Source: Alkalispirochaeta sp. (lineage in GTDB: Bacteria; Spirochaetota; Spirochaetia; DSM-27196; Alkalispirochaetaceae). Taken from it: 64,000 nt of DNA. Position numbers and translations under genes: made by a program. The notes under the pieces are model-generated. The model had not been told where the DNA came from. It searched no databases and saw nothing but the letters and a program-made list of their open reading frames with translations. The stretch lies in assembly GCA_965242725.1 (NCBI GenBank), contig CBDESZ010000026.1, positions 85,399 to 149,398 on the forward strand. Direction: 5' to 3'. Shown here one piece after another: positions 47,098 to 56,218 of the stretch; the first letter of the stretch is position 1, and every line of letters begins with the position of its first letter.

Positions 47098-49299
47098 ATG
47101 GATGCGGAACGTGTAGAATTGTCAGACCGGAAAATTGCCTCGGAACTCTCCGTCAACCCCGGCGCCGTGGCAGCGGCGCGCGCACTCTTTGCCGGTGGTG
47201 CCACCGTGCCCTTTGTCGCGCGGTACCGGAGGGAAGAGACGGGCGGCATGGATGAAGTGCAGCTGCGACAGCTCCTGAAACGGCAGGAAGAGCTTGCTGA
47301 TCTGGAAAAACGACGATCCTACATCCTCAGGACCCTTTCGACGGGGGGACACCTTACTCGGGAGCTTGAAGGAAAAATACGCTCCGCCGAGGACGGGCAG
47401 ACGCTGGAGGATCTCTACGGACCCTTCAGAAAGCGGAAGAAAAGCCGCGCCGACCGAGCCCGCGAGGCGGGGCTGGAGGAGGCGGCAAAGGCGCTTCTTC
47501 TGAATTCCGCCCGCCCACCCCGGGAGATCATCGGCGAGCTGAAGCCCCGGGGCGTCTCCACCGTGGACGCACTGCAGGGAGTAAAAGATATCCTTGCGGA
47601 ACAGGCCGCCCACGACGTTGAAGTGCGGCGGGAGTTGCGCCGGCTCTTTGTACGACAGGGAGCGCTGAAAAGCGTCAAAAAGAACGCCGACGCCGACAGG
47701 CGTTTCAGCGATTACTTTGAATGGCGTGAACCGGCGTACAGGACGCCCTCCCATCGGGTCCTTGCAATACTCAGGGGCGGCGCCGAGAACGCCCTCACCG
47801 TATCGCTTCGTCCGCCCGATGCGGCGGCGGTCAGAATAGTCGCGACGGGGCTGCCGGCGAAAGGGGAAAAGGGCGACGGTGGAACGGGCGACCGAGGAGG
47901 ACAAAACCGGGAATGGACGGCGTTGCTGCGGGAAATTGCTGAAGATGCCTGGCGGCGACTCCTGCTGCCCTCCCTGGAGCGTGAGGCAATCGGGGCCGTA
48001 CGGGACCTGGCATTCACGCGGTCGGTGGAGATCTTTCAACGGAATCTTGAAGCCCTCCTCATGGCGCCTCCCTTCGGTGCCCGTCCCGTCGTGGCGATCG
48101 ATCCGGGGTTGAAAACGGGATGTAAAGTTGTAGCCCTCGGTGCGGGCGGTGAGATCCTTGAGACGGCTCAGATATTTCCCCTTGAACCGAGAAACGATGA
48201 GGAGGGAGCGACAGAAATCCTTAGGCGCATGTGCCGCCTCCACGGCGCGGAGGCGATCGCAGTCGGCAACGGTACGGGCGGGCGGGAGACAGAGGAATTT
48301 GTCGGCCGGCGTGTGGTCTCCCCGGAGGCGGCGTCGGAGGGAGTCGGTATTCCCGTCGTCGCGGTTGATGAATCGGGCGCTTCCGTCTATTCCACCTCGG
48401 AAATCGCCCGGGAAGAATTCCCCGACCTGGATATGTACTATCGGAGCGCCGTTTCAATCGGCCGCCGCCTGCAGGATCCGCTGGCGGAACTGGTGAAGAT
48501 CGAACCTTCCTCCATCGGTGTCGGCCAGTATCAGCACGATATTCCCCCGAAGATGCTGCAGAATGCCCTTGGAACGACAGTCGAGAGTTGCGTCAACCGT
48601 GTCGGCGTGGACGTCAATACCGCCGGAGCGGCATTGCTCTCCCGGGTTGCCGGACTGTCGGCGACGGCGGCACGGAATATAGTCGAGTATCGGCAGCGGA
48701 ACGGTCTCTTCCGCCGTCGCCAGGACATCGGCGCGGTTGCCGGAATCGGCGCCAAGACGGTTGAGCAGGCGGTCGGGTTTCTGCGCTGCCCCCGGGCGGC
48801 GGATCCCCTCGAAAACACGGGAATCCACCCGGAGCGCTACGACATCGTTCAGAAAATTGCGGGAGACCTGCAGATTCAGGTCAGGGAGCTTCTGGGAAAT
48901 ACTGCGGTGCTGAATGGGGTATCGCCAGAGCGGTATGTAGATCACCCGGTCGGCGTCGGCATACCGACGATCACCGACATCCTGTCGGACCTTGCCCATC
49001 CCGGGCGTGATCCAAGGGAGCGATTCGTGCCGGTCGCCTTCAGTTCCGCCGTTCGCCGATTTGAGGACGTCGCCGAGGGAATGGTCCTCGCCGGTGTTGT
49101 ACGTAATGTGACCGCCTTCGGCGCCTTCGTCGATATCGGTGTTCATCAGGACGGGCTCGTTCACGTAAGTGAGATCTCCGACTCATATGTAGCCGATCCC
49201 GCGGAGGTTGTGCATCCGGGCATGCACGTGACAGTCAAGGTCATTCACATCGATCAGTCGCGTCGTCGAATCGGCCTGTCCATGAAGGCCGTATCGTGA
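47098..49299 (+). CDS. tex: Tex family RNA-binding transcriptional accessory protein
   Basis: TVPFVARYR, DPGLKTGCK, ESGASVYS, RRLQDPLAELVKI, C-terminal S1 domain. Confidence 0.94.
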   Translation: MDAERVELSDRKIASELSVNPGAVAAARALFAGGATVPFVARYRREETGGMDEVQLRQLLKRQEELADLEKRRSYILRTLSTGGHLTRELEGKIRSAEDGQTLEDLYGPFRKRKKSRADRAREAGLEEAAKALLLNSARPPREIIGELKPRGVSTVDALQGVKDILAEQAAHDVEVRRELRRLFVRQGALKSVKKNADADRRFSDYFEWREPAYRTPSHRVLAILRGGAENALTVSLRPPDAAAVRIVATGLPAKGEKGDGGTGDRGGQNREWTALLREIAEDAWRRLLLPSLEREAIGAVRDLAFTRSVEIFQRNLEALLMAPPFGARPVVAIDPGLKTGCKVVALGAGGEILETAQIFPLEPRNDEEGATEILRRMCRLHGAEAIAVGNGTGGRETEEFVGRRVVSPEAASEGVGIPVVAVDESGASVYSTSEIAREEFPDLDMYYRSAVSIGRRLQDPLAELVKIEPSSIGVGQYQHDIPPKMLQNALGTTVESCVNRVGVDVNTAGAALLSRVAGLSATAARNIVEYRQRNGLFRRRQDIGAVAGIGAKTVEQAVGFLRCPRAADPLENTGIHPERYDIVQKIAGDLQIQVRELLGNTAVLNGVSPERYVDHPVGVGIPTITDILSDLAHPGRDPRERFVPVAFSSAVRRFEDVAEGMVLAGVVRNVTAFGAFVDIGVHQDGLVHVSEISDSYVADPAEVVHPGMHVTVKVIHIDQSRRRIGLSMKAVS

Positions 49300-50353
49300 T
49301 TACTGATCCTTCGATGACCATCGTGGTGAGGTGGTGACGGGTGAGCTGCCCCATGTTTGAAATGTGATTGAAGTCATCGTCCTTGTGAAAACGGGCGAGT
49401 CCGCTTGCAAGTCCGGCGGTGCGATCGGTGGACGAAATGTCGTCCTGTTCCATGCAGAAGAGGAGGTCGTCGATGCGTGCCCACGTCGTCTTGAGACGTC
49501 TGGCCATGAGACTCCGTTCCTCTTTCTGGTATTGCCTGATCGTACCCGCATCCAGCACCGACCACACGAGATCGACCATTGGCTGATTCTCTTCATAAAA
49601 CTGGGGCAGATAGACCTGTATTTTACCCTCGTAACTCTGCTGGTCAAAATCGATCGCCCGTACCCTGATCTGGTCCATGTCGAAATCCTGTGTCACCACG
49701 ACCACATAGTTGTAGCTGCGCATGTCGCCGAGAAGCTTGGTGAAACATCGTTCCGAAAACTTTACGAACTCCTTGGCGACGCGGATTCGAGCCTCCTCCT
49801 TTCCCAGATTTCTCTTCTTGAGAAAGAGATCCCCGGGAATCCCCGCGATGTGCTCCTCAATCAGCGTGTCGTCACGGACGAGGAAGTCGATGCGGTTTGG
49901 CGCGAGAATGTGTTCAAGCTCCAGGCCGTAGACGCGGGAGGCGTCGGCGCGTTTCACATAGTAGTAATCGTGGTTGTCGTTGTATCGGTTTACCACCCGT
50001 ATGCGGAAAGGTTTTGAATTGCCGAAGTTGCAGTATTCCACACGGCTTATGTAGAGGTGATCGGTAAAGGCAGGGTCGTCGGGGGTCTTGAGAAATGCGT
50101 ATATGCGGGTCAGTTCCCGGGATATCTCGTCCCACTCCCGCTGGGGGTAGATCACCCAGTCCCAGTAGGTGTCCTCGTCCTTGTCGTCTTTCATGGGAAA
50201 CCCCTCCTGATATTCCAGGAGGTCGCCGTAATTCAGCGAAAAGGGCGCGGTTCTGTGGTAATGGTCCACATACTCCGCGAGCATCCCGTCCACGGGGAAA
50301 CTCGGTTTCTTCTCACTGATGTGCACGTAGGCGCTTTGCGGAATATGGCGCAT
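49241..50353 (-). CDS. Hypothetical protein with atypical (PI3K/HipA-like) kinase motifs; start may be 50368
   Basis: About 370 aa ORF with FGNSKPF, YYVKRAD, LIEEH, LGDMRSYN, AIDFD. Confidence 0.75.
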   Translation of the reverse strand: MRHIPQSAYVHISEKKPSFPVDGMLAEYVDHYHRTAPFSLNYGDLLEYQEGFPMKDDKDEDTYWDWVIYPQREWDEISRELTRIYAFLKTPDDPAFTDHLYISRVEYCNFGNSKPFRIRVVNRYNDNHDYYYVKRADASRVYGLELEHILAPNRIDFLVRDDTLIEEHIAGIPGDLFLKKRNLGKEEARIRVAKEFVKFSERCFTKLLGDMRSYNYVVVVTQDFDMDQIRVRAIDFDQQSYEGKIQVYLPQFYEENQPMVDLVWSVLDAGTIRQYQKEERSLMARRLKTTWARIDDLLFCMEQDDISSTDRTAGLASGLARFHKDDDFNHISNMGQLTRHHLTTMVIEGSVITIRPSWTGRFDDATDRCE

Positions 50354-50409
50354 ACGGGAATGTATCACAGATCATCCAAAAGGTATTCGCATTCTGCTAT
50401 ACTCCGGGG

Positions 50410-51396
50410 ATGTTCAGCGTTTCGACCTTTGATCTCCTGACGCCGGAGGTGGTTATTGAGGCGGTGGAAGCTCTCTTCTCCCTGCGCCTCGACGGTACGA
50501 TCACCCCTTACGCAAGTTATGTAAACCGCGTCTTCGGCATTCGCGACGACGACGGGTATGAATATGTGGTGAAGTTCTACCGCCCCGGTAGATGGAGCGG
50601 TGAAGCCCTGCTGGAAGAGCACAGGTTTCTTGATGCCCTCGGGGCGGCGGATATTCCCGTGGTACCGCCGATTTCCGATATCGATGGAGACACGCTCTTT
50701 GAAGCGCTCGTGGACGGTGCGGAGGGAGAGGTCACCTATCCGTTCAGCCTCTTTCCAAAACGGGGAGGCCGAAGTTTTGACGCCGAAGGAGACGAGGACT
50801 GGCTCCGCCTTGGTGCACTCATCGGAAGGGTTCACGCCGTTGGCGAAGTGGAAGAAGCGATGCACCGTTTTACCGTGAGTCCCGACGAATGGACTGCCCC
50901 CTTTGTGGAGGAACTATTGAACGAGGAGGTGGTGCACCCCGATTTCCGCGGGGAGTTTCGGGACGTGGCGGAAGAAGGTCTCCAGTGCCTTCGCGGGAGA
51001 TTTGCGGAACCGGGGCGGATACGCCTCCATGGAGACTGCCACAGGGGGAATATCCTCGAACGGGGCGACGAGGGACTCCTGCTGATCGACTTTGACGACA
51101 TGATGATGGGACCGGCGGTGCAGGATTTGTGGCTTCTTCTGCCCGACCACGCTGATCAGTGCCGGCGGGAGATCAATCTGTTGCTGGAAGGGTACGAGCG
51201 CTTCCGTCCCTTTGACCGACAGGAACTGGAACTCATTGAAGGTCTGCGATTCATGCGGATGATCCACTTTCTCGCGTGGCGCGCGCGGCAGCGCCATGAT
51301 CATTGGTTTGCCCGGGAATTCCCCGACTGGGGAAATCGTGCATTCTGGATCACCGAAATTGAAGACCTCAGGGAACAGCGTACCCATTTTTCGTAA
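50410..51396 (+). CDS. srkA: Stress response Ser/Thr kinase (SrkA/RdoA/YihE)
   Basis: SYVNRV, VKFYRPGRWS, RLHGDCHRGN, IDFDD, PAVQDLW. Confidence 0.92.
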   Translation: MFSVSTFDLLTPEVVIEAVEALFSLRLDGTITPYASYVNRVFGIRDDDGYEYVVKFYRPGRWSGEALLEEHRFLDALGAADIPVVPPISDIDGDTLFEALVDGAEGEVTYPFSLFPKRGGRSFDAEGDEDWLRLGALIGRVHAVGEVEEAMHRFTVSPDEWTAPFVEELLNEEVVHPDFRGEFRDVAEEGLQCLRGRFAEPGRIRLHGDCHRGNILERGDEGLLLIDFDDMMMGPAVQDLWLLLPDHADQCRREINLLLEGYERFRPFDRQELELIEGLRFMRMIHFLAWRARQRHDHWFAREFPDWGNRAFWITEIEDLREQRTHFS

Positions 51397-51475
51397 TTCG
51401 ATCTTCGGGAAGTGATTTTTTGACCCGACAGGGTCCCTCTATAAACTGCGCTGAACTCCTGATACAATCCCGGCC

Positions 51476-51607
51476 ATGCCTGGATTGCTCATATTTATCG
51501 GGATCGGAATTATGTTCATGACGATCCTCAAGGCTTCGACTTCCCGCAAAAACGGTACGAGGCGCCATGACAAGGGAAACGGGAAAACCGGTGATTCAGG
51601 GCGGTAA
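51476..51607 (+). CDS. Small single-pass membrane protein (43 aa), absent from the ORF track
   Basis: MPGLLIFIGIGIMFMTILKASTSRKNGTRRHDKGNGKTGDSGR; TG-n-TACAAT 7 nt before ATG; stop 2 nt before the next start. Confidence 0.55.
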   Translation: MPGLLIFIGIGIMFMTILKASTSRKNGTRRHDKGNGKTGDSGR

Positions 51608-51609
51608 CA

Positions 51610-52866
51610 ATGGCGGGAAAAGTTGTACTGAAAAAAAAAGAGGGGCCCCGGGCTCCGGAAATCGGTGAGGTCATCGTCACCTGCCCGGGAGGTGCGGAGA
51701 AGACGGTGAGGGATGAACTTGCGTCCCTTGGATACTCCGGACCAAAAACGGCCGGTGGCGCCGTGGGTGTCACCATTGCGGGCTGGGGCGACGTAGCTCG
51801 AATCAACGGGCAGTTACGGAGCGCCTCCCGCGTCCTTGTGCCGCTGGCGAAGTTTGATGCTTCCGACTACGACGATGTGTACCGGAATGTCCGGGCGTAT
51901 CCGTGGAATCGCCTCATCACTCCCGACCACACCTTCATGATATCCGCGCTGTCCCGCTCCGAGGAGTTGAGGGATCATAGATTCCTCGCCATGCGGGTAA
52001 AAGACGGGATTGTCGACTGCCAGCGTCACCATTTTCAGGGACGCCGCTCTTCCATCGAAAAAGAGACTCCCGATCTGGTGCTTTCCGTTTTTGCATCGGG
52101 GCGGAGCGTTGAGCTTGCCGTGGACAGTTCCGGACGACCCCTGCATGAGCGGGGATACCGTACGGAAGCGGGGGAGGCCCCCCTGCGGGAAAATGTGGCG
52201 GCGATGATGCTCCTGGAAGCGGGGTATCACGGCGGTGACCGCCGTATGGTATTTGACCCCTTCTGCGGATCGGGAACACTTCTCATAGAAGCGGCGCTTA
52301 TTCATACGGAACGCGCCGTCGGATCGCTGGGAAGGGATTTTGCCTGGAGACGCTGGCCGTGGAAGGAAGCAGTTGTCGCCATGGGCGAGACATACGCCCA
52401 ACTCACCGCTGCAGGAACGAAGACGGTACCGGAACAGACCGCTCCTTTCCCCCGGTTTGTAGGATGTGATCGCGACGCCGCGGTAGTGGAAAAGGCACGG
52501 CGCAATGCAAAACGGGCGGGTGTGGATCACCTTGTCCATTTTGAAACTGCCGATATCGCGGAGAGCATACCGAAATGGACACGGCAAAGGCGTGGTTTGA
52601 TCATCTCAAATCCGCCGTATGGCGTTCGACTGCAACCGGATGATCTGGCGGGGTTGTATTCCCGGACGGGAGAGTTGCTGCGGAAACACGCCGGCGGCTG
52701 GGAGGTGGTTCTCATTTCCGGGGATCCCGGTCTGGCCAATCGTCTGCGAATGCGGTCTGAAACACGACAAAAAATATTCAATGGTTCTCTGGAGTGTTCT
52801 CTCGACTTTTATCGGGTCTACTCCAACGAGGGACCAGGCATGAAAGGGATCGCCCATGATTCGTGA
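51610..52866 (+). CDS. THUMP-domain class I RNA methyltransferase (RlmL-like)
   Basis: LHERGYR, APLRENVAA, DPFCGSGT, SNPPYG. Confidence 0.88.
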   Translation: MAGKVVLKKKEGPRAPEIGEVIVTCPGGAEKTVRDELASLGYSGPKTAGGAVGVTIAGWGDVARINGQLRSASRVLVPLAKFDASDYDDVYRNVRAYPWNRLITPDHTFMISALSRSEELRDHRFLAMRVKDGIVDCQRHHFQGRRSSIEKETPDLVLSVFASGRSVELAVDSSGRPLHERGYRTEAGEAPLRENVAAMMLLEAGYHGGDRRMVFDPFCGSGTLLIEAALIHTERAVGSLGRDFAWRRWPWKEAVVAMGETYAQLTAAGTKTVPEQTAPFPRFVGCDRDAAVVEKARRNAKRAGVDHLVHFETADIAESIPKWTRQRRGLIISNPPYGVRLQPDDLAGLYSRTGELLRKHAGGWEVVLISGDPGLANRLRMRSETRQKIFNGSLECSLDFYRVYSNEGPGMKGIAHDS

Positions 52867-53284
52867 GATTTCACTGAGCATCGAGAATGAACCGGGACGA
52901 ATCTATTCAGTCATTCACGCGCTGGCGGAACATGGTATCGATATCGCCGGCATGAATATTTCCGGGGACGAACAACGCGGAGTTCTGCGTCTTGTGGTCA
53001 ACGATCTTGCGTCCGCACGTCGGGCGCTCATGCACCGGCAGTTGCCGGCGCGCCTCGAAAAAGTTGTCGCCGTGGCGGTGCCTGATGAGCCGGGCGGTCT
53101 TGCGCGGGTATTGCGACCCCTCGGAGATGAATCGATCGACGTCATAGGGCTCTACGTCTTCCGATACGCCCCCATTTCGGCAGCGGTCGTTGTGCTCCGC
53201 ACCGAAAATGATCAGCGGACGGAACAGGTCCTTTCCGACGCGGGACTGACCGTTTTTCACAAGTCCCTTCCCGCAGGGGGATGA
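52856..53284 (+). CDS. Tandem ACT domain protein
   Basis: IENEPGRI and VPDEPGGLA ACT repeats. Confidence 0.85.
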   Translation: MIREISLSIENEPGRIYSVIHALAEHGIDIAGMNISGDEQRGVLRLVVNDLASARRALMHRQLPARLEKVVAVAVPDEPGGLARVLRPLGDESIDVIGLYVFRYAPISAAVVVLRTENDQRTEQVLSDAGLTVFHKSLPAGG

Positions 53285-53302
53285 TCCGGCGATAATCCCG
53301 GC

Positions 53303-56218
53303 CTATTCCGCACCGTCGTACAGGAGCGTGACGGGCAGGTCCGTGAGGAGATCCTTCAGGTACAGCTCGCCTGCGCCGGTCGGACTGTGTCGACGTCCGT
53401 CAAGGACGCCCGTCCACTCCGCGCCGGAGGGATCGGGCAGGACGATGCGGGTGTCCTTCCAGAAGGACCGCGGAATGGTCAACCGATCCGGTTCTCCCTT
53501 CCCACCGCCGAGGGCGTTGGAGACGATCCGGGGAACGATAACTGCCGTCCGCTGCCGTTCGTGCACCCGAAGAAATGCGATGACGTGCTCTTTTCGCTCA
53601 CCGATGACCTCCAGAGGAATGTAGGAGCCGACGGCAAAGAGATCCGCCTTTTCTTTTCGGAAAATGAGGGTTCCGGCGATTACATACTCCTTGATTTCTC
53701 CGTCGCGCCACCGTTCCGTCAGCTCCCTGAGATATGACCCGCCGGCGCCCATCTTTTTCATTGTGGAAAGCGCCCGGGTCCGTACGGAAAAGTCGACGGG
53801 TCTGCGGTTGTCGGGATCGACAAGTGAGAAGTCCCACCGGTCCGTACCCTGATAGATGTCGGGTACGCCGGGAACGGTGAGGGTGAGCAGCTTCTGGCTC
53901 AGTGAATTGATTGCCCCCGCCGCAACGACGGCGTCAACCACCGTCTTAATCAGCCGTACGATGGTGGGACTGCGCTTTGGATTGAGGAGGGCGTCAATGT
54001 ACCGGTGCGTTGCCCGCTCGTACTCCTCGTTCACTGCGGTCCAGCTTGTGTGTACCTTTGCCTCCCGCATCGCCTTTTCCGCGTACCCGTGGATGCGGTC
54101 CCGAAAATGGTCGATACCTTCCCACTCGGGCTCACCGAGCTCCATCGGCCAGCTGCCGACCACCGTCTGAAAGAGGAAGTACTGGTCGTTTCTGTCCGGC
54201 GCGGAGTCACCGTCCACCTCGGTGGTAAAGCTGCCCGTATATTCAGCGAAGCGTTCGGTCCATGTGAGCCACTGATCGGCCAGTTCGGAAAGAACGTTGA
54301 GACGGCTGCGGACGTCTTCTCCACGCTTGTGGTCATGGGTTGCCGTACAGATCATCCCGAATGGATGCTCCTCAAGTCGCTGCAGTGATGAGTAATGAAA
54401 GCCCTGCGGCGAGGTGTAGAGGGTGTCCGGTTCCGCTCCCACCTCATTGCGGGCGATGAATCGGGCGTCACGATAGAAGGCGGTGTCCTCAAAGGATTTT
54501 GCCATGACCGGCGCGGTAAACTGCTGTACCTTCATCGCAAGTTCGACCACTTCCCGCCGTCGGAACTCGCCGGGATATATCTGCAGAATATCGGTGGTCA
54601 GGACGGCGCCGATAAAGTCATAGGCGCTCACGTCAAAGGTCTTTCCCGATTTCCGCGCCCGCGCGACGGCCCACTCGACATCGCGGCGGTCCGCTTCCGT
54701 CGGTCCCCGGGAGTCCACATAGCTCCGGTAGACGGGGAAATGGGCCACAATATCGGTAAGGGCGTTCCGCAGGGCGAGACGTGAAAAATCGCGGGTCTTT
54801 CTGCTGCCCTTCGCCAGGCGGCTGAGACGGTTGGCGAGGACGTTCAGTTCACTTGAGAGGGTTTCGTGCATCGTCCGGTATTTCGCCCGAAAGACCCCCG
54901 CCTCGAAATCACGGGTCGCTCCCGTGAAGTTCTCATATGCGCCGGTGATCGCCTCCTCGCCGTCCCGGTCAAAAAGCACCTCCGCCACGCGCGCCATATG
55001 CTCGTATCCCGTCGTACCGCTGACGGGCCAATCGGAGCGCAGCGTTTCATGTCCGGCCAGTATCTTTTCTACGACGACGTATAACGGCTGATCGATGGTC
55101 GCCTGATACGCGGGATACGAGACGAGGCCCGTGCCGAGAAGGCGGTACGCCCCCGCCTCCTGGAGACGTTGAAGGTACGCCTTTGGATCGAGGAGGCCGT
55201 CTACATGATCGAGGCGCAGACCCTGAATCGCCCCCTCCTGAATGTAACGGAGGACAAGCTGATGGGTGATTTCAAAAACCTCTCCAAGTTCCATTCGGAC
55301 GGCAGCCAGATCGTTGATATCGAAAAAACGACGGTAGTTGATTTCATTTGACGCGAGGCGCCAGAAGGCGAGGCGATACGCCTGCGCTTCAAGGAGGGAG
55401 TGAAGTCTGTCAAAGCTCCTCTCGTCGCCTGCCGTCCCGTTCCAGCGCCGACAGAGCGCGCCGATCGCGTCGGCGATCTGCCCGTCGCTGCGGGCAAGTC
55501 GGGCGAGTGCGCTTTCCAGTTCCAGGGACTTCCGAATCAGCAGCGCCTGGCGACTCGCGCTCTTGTTGCCCGGACCGAGCGCCCCGAACGCCTCGGCGAG
55601 ATTCTGCACTTCCCGGCGGGACTCGGGGGAAACGGGGGAGGCATGGTCGGCGATGAGATCCCTGAGAAGGCGCCGGTAGTGACGGGGCGATACGGGCAGC
55701 CGGTGTTCGTAGTAGTGAACGCTGAAGGTACCGTTTTCGCCGTCAAAGGCAAGTCTGAGTTCCCCGTTTTCAAGTACCGTCCCGTACTGGTCGCCGAGAA
55801 TCGGGACGAGCACCTTGCCTTTCAGGCTCTGTTCCGACGGCTTCCAGTCGATATCGAAAAAGGTTGCATATGGTGAGTACTGTCCCCACTCAAGGACGTT
55901 CAGCCACCAGGAGTTGTCGGAGTAGCCTACTCCCATGTGGTTGGGAACAAAATCGACAATCAGCCCCATGTCGTGGTTGTGCAGCGTTTCCACAAGGCGG
56001 TGGAAGTCACTTTCCGTCCCCAGCTCGGGATTGAGACGGTTATGATCCACGATGTCGTATCCGTGATTTGAGCCCTCCCGGGCGGCCAGTATGGGAGATG
56101 TGTAGAGATGGCTGACGCCGAGGTCCGCCATATAGGGAACGAGGGATGCTGCGTCGAGAAAGGTCATCGCCGACGAGAGCTGCAGACGCATGGTTGCCCG
56201 CGGATATGGAGGAATCAT
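53303..56218 (-). CDS. treY: Malto-oligosyltrehalose synthase
   Basis: HGYDIVD, DFVPNHMG, NYRRFFDI, RLDHVDGL, VEKIL, ATHDHKRGED, FSLVDPDNRRPVD. Confidence 0.95.
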   Translation of the reverse strand: MIPPYPRATMRLQLSSAMTFLDAASLVPYMADLGVSHLYTSPILAAREGSNHGYDIVDHNRLNPELGTESDFHRLVETLHNHDMGLIVDFVPNHMGVGYSDNSWWLNVLEWGQYSPYATFFDIDWKPSEQSLKGKVLVPILGDQYGTVLENGELRLAFDGENGTFSVHYYEHRLPVSPRHYRRLLRDLIADHASPVSPESRREVQNLAEAFGALGPGNKSASRQALLIRKSLELESALARLARSDGQIADAIGALCRRWNGTAGDERSFDRLHSLLEAQAYRLAFWRLASNEINYRRFFDINDLAAVRMELGEVFEITHQLVLRYIQEGAIQGLRLDHVDGLLDPKAYLQRLQEAGAYRLLGTGLVSYPAYQATIDQPLYVVVEKILAGHETLRSDWPVSGTTGYEHMARVAEVLFDRDGEEAITGAYENFTGATRDFEAGVFRAKYRTMHETLSSELNVLANRLSRLAKGSRKTRDFSRLALRNALTDIVAHFPVYRSYVDSRGPTEADRRDVEWAVARARKSGKTFDVSAYDFIGAVLTTDILQIYPGEFRRREVVELAMKVQQFTAPVMAKSFEDTAFYRDARFIARNEVGAEPDTLYTSPQGFHYSSLQRLEEHPFGMICTATHDHKRGEDVRSRLNVLSELADQWLTWTERFAEYTGSFTTEVDGDSAPDRNDQYFLFQTVVGSWPMELGEPEWEGIDHFRDRIHGYAEKAMREAKVHTSWTAVNEEYERATHRYIDALLNPKRSPTIVRLIKTVVDAVVAAGAINSLSQKLLTLTVPGVPDIYQGTDRWDFSLVDPDNRRPVDFSVRTRALSTMKKMGAGGSYLRELTERWRDGEIKEYVIAGTLIFRKEKADLFAVGSYIPLEVIGERKEHVIAFLRVHERQRTAVIVPRIVSNALGGGKGEPDRLTIPRSFWKDTRIVLPDPSGAEWTGVLDGRRHSPTGAGELYLKDLLTDLPVTLLYDGAE

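Noticed and set aside
47028..47249. N-terminal extension of SpeA overlapping tex
   Set aside because: Antisense to the tex start; homology-like sequence begins at MQKIHKQW (47027)
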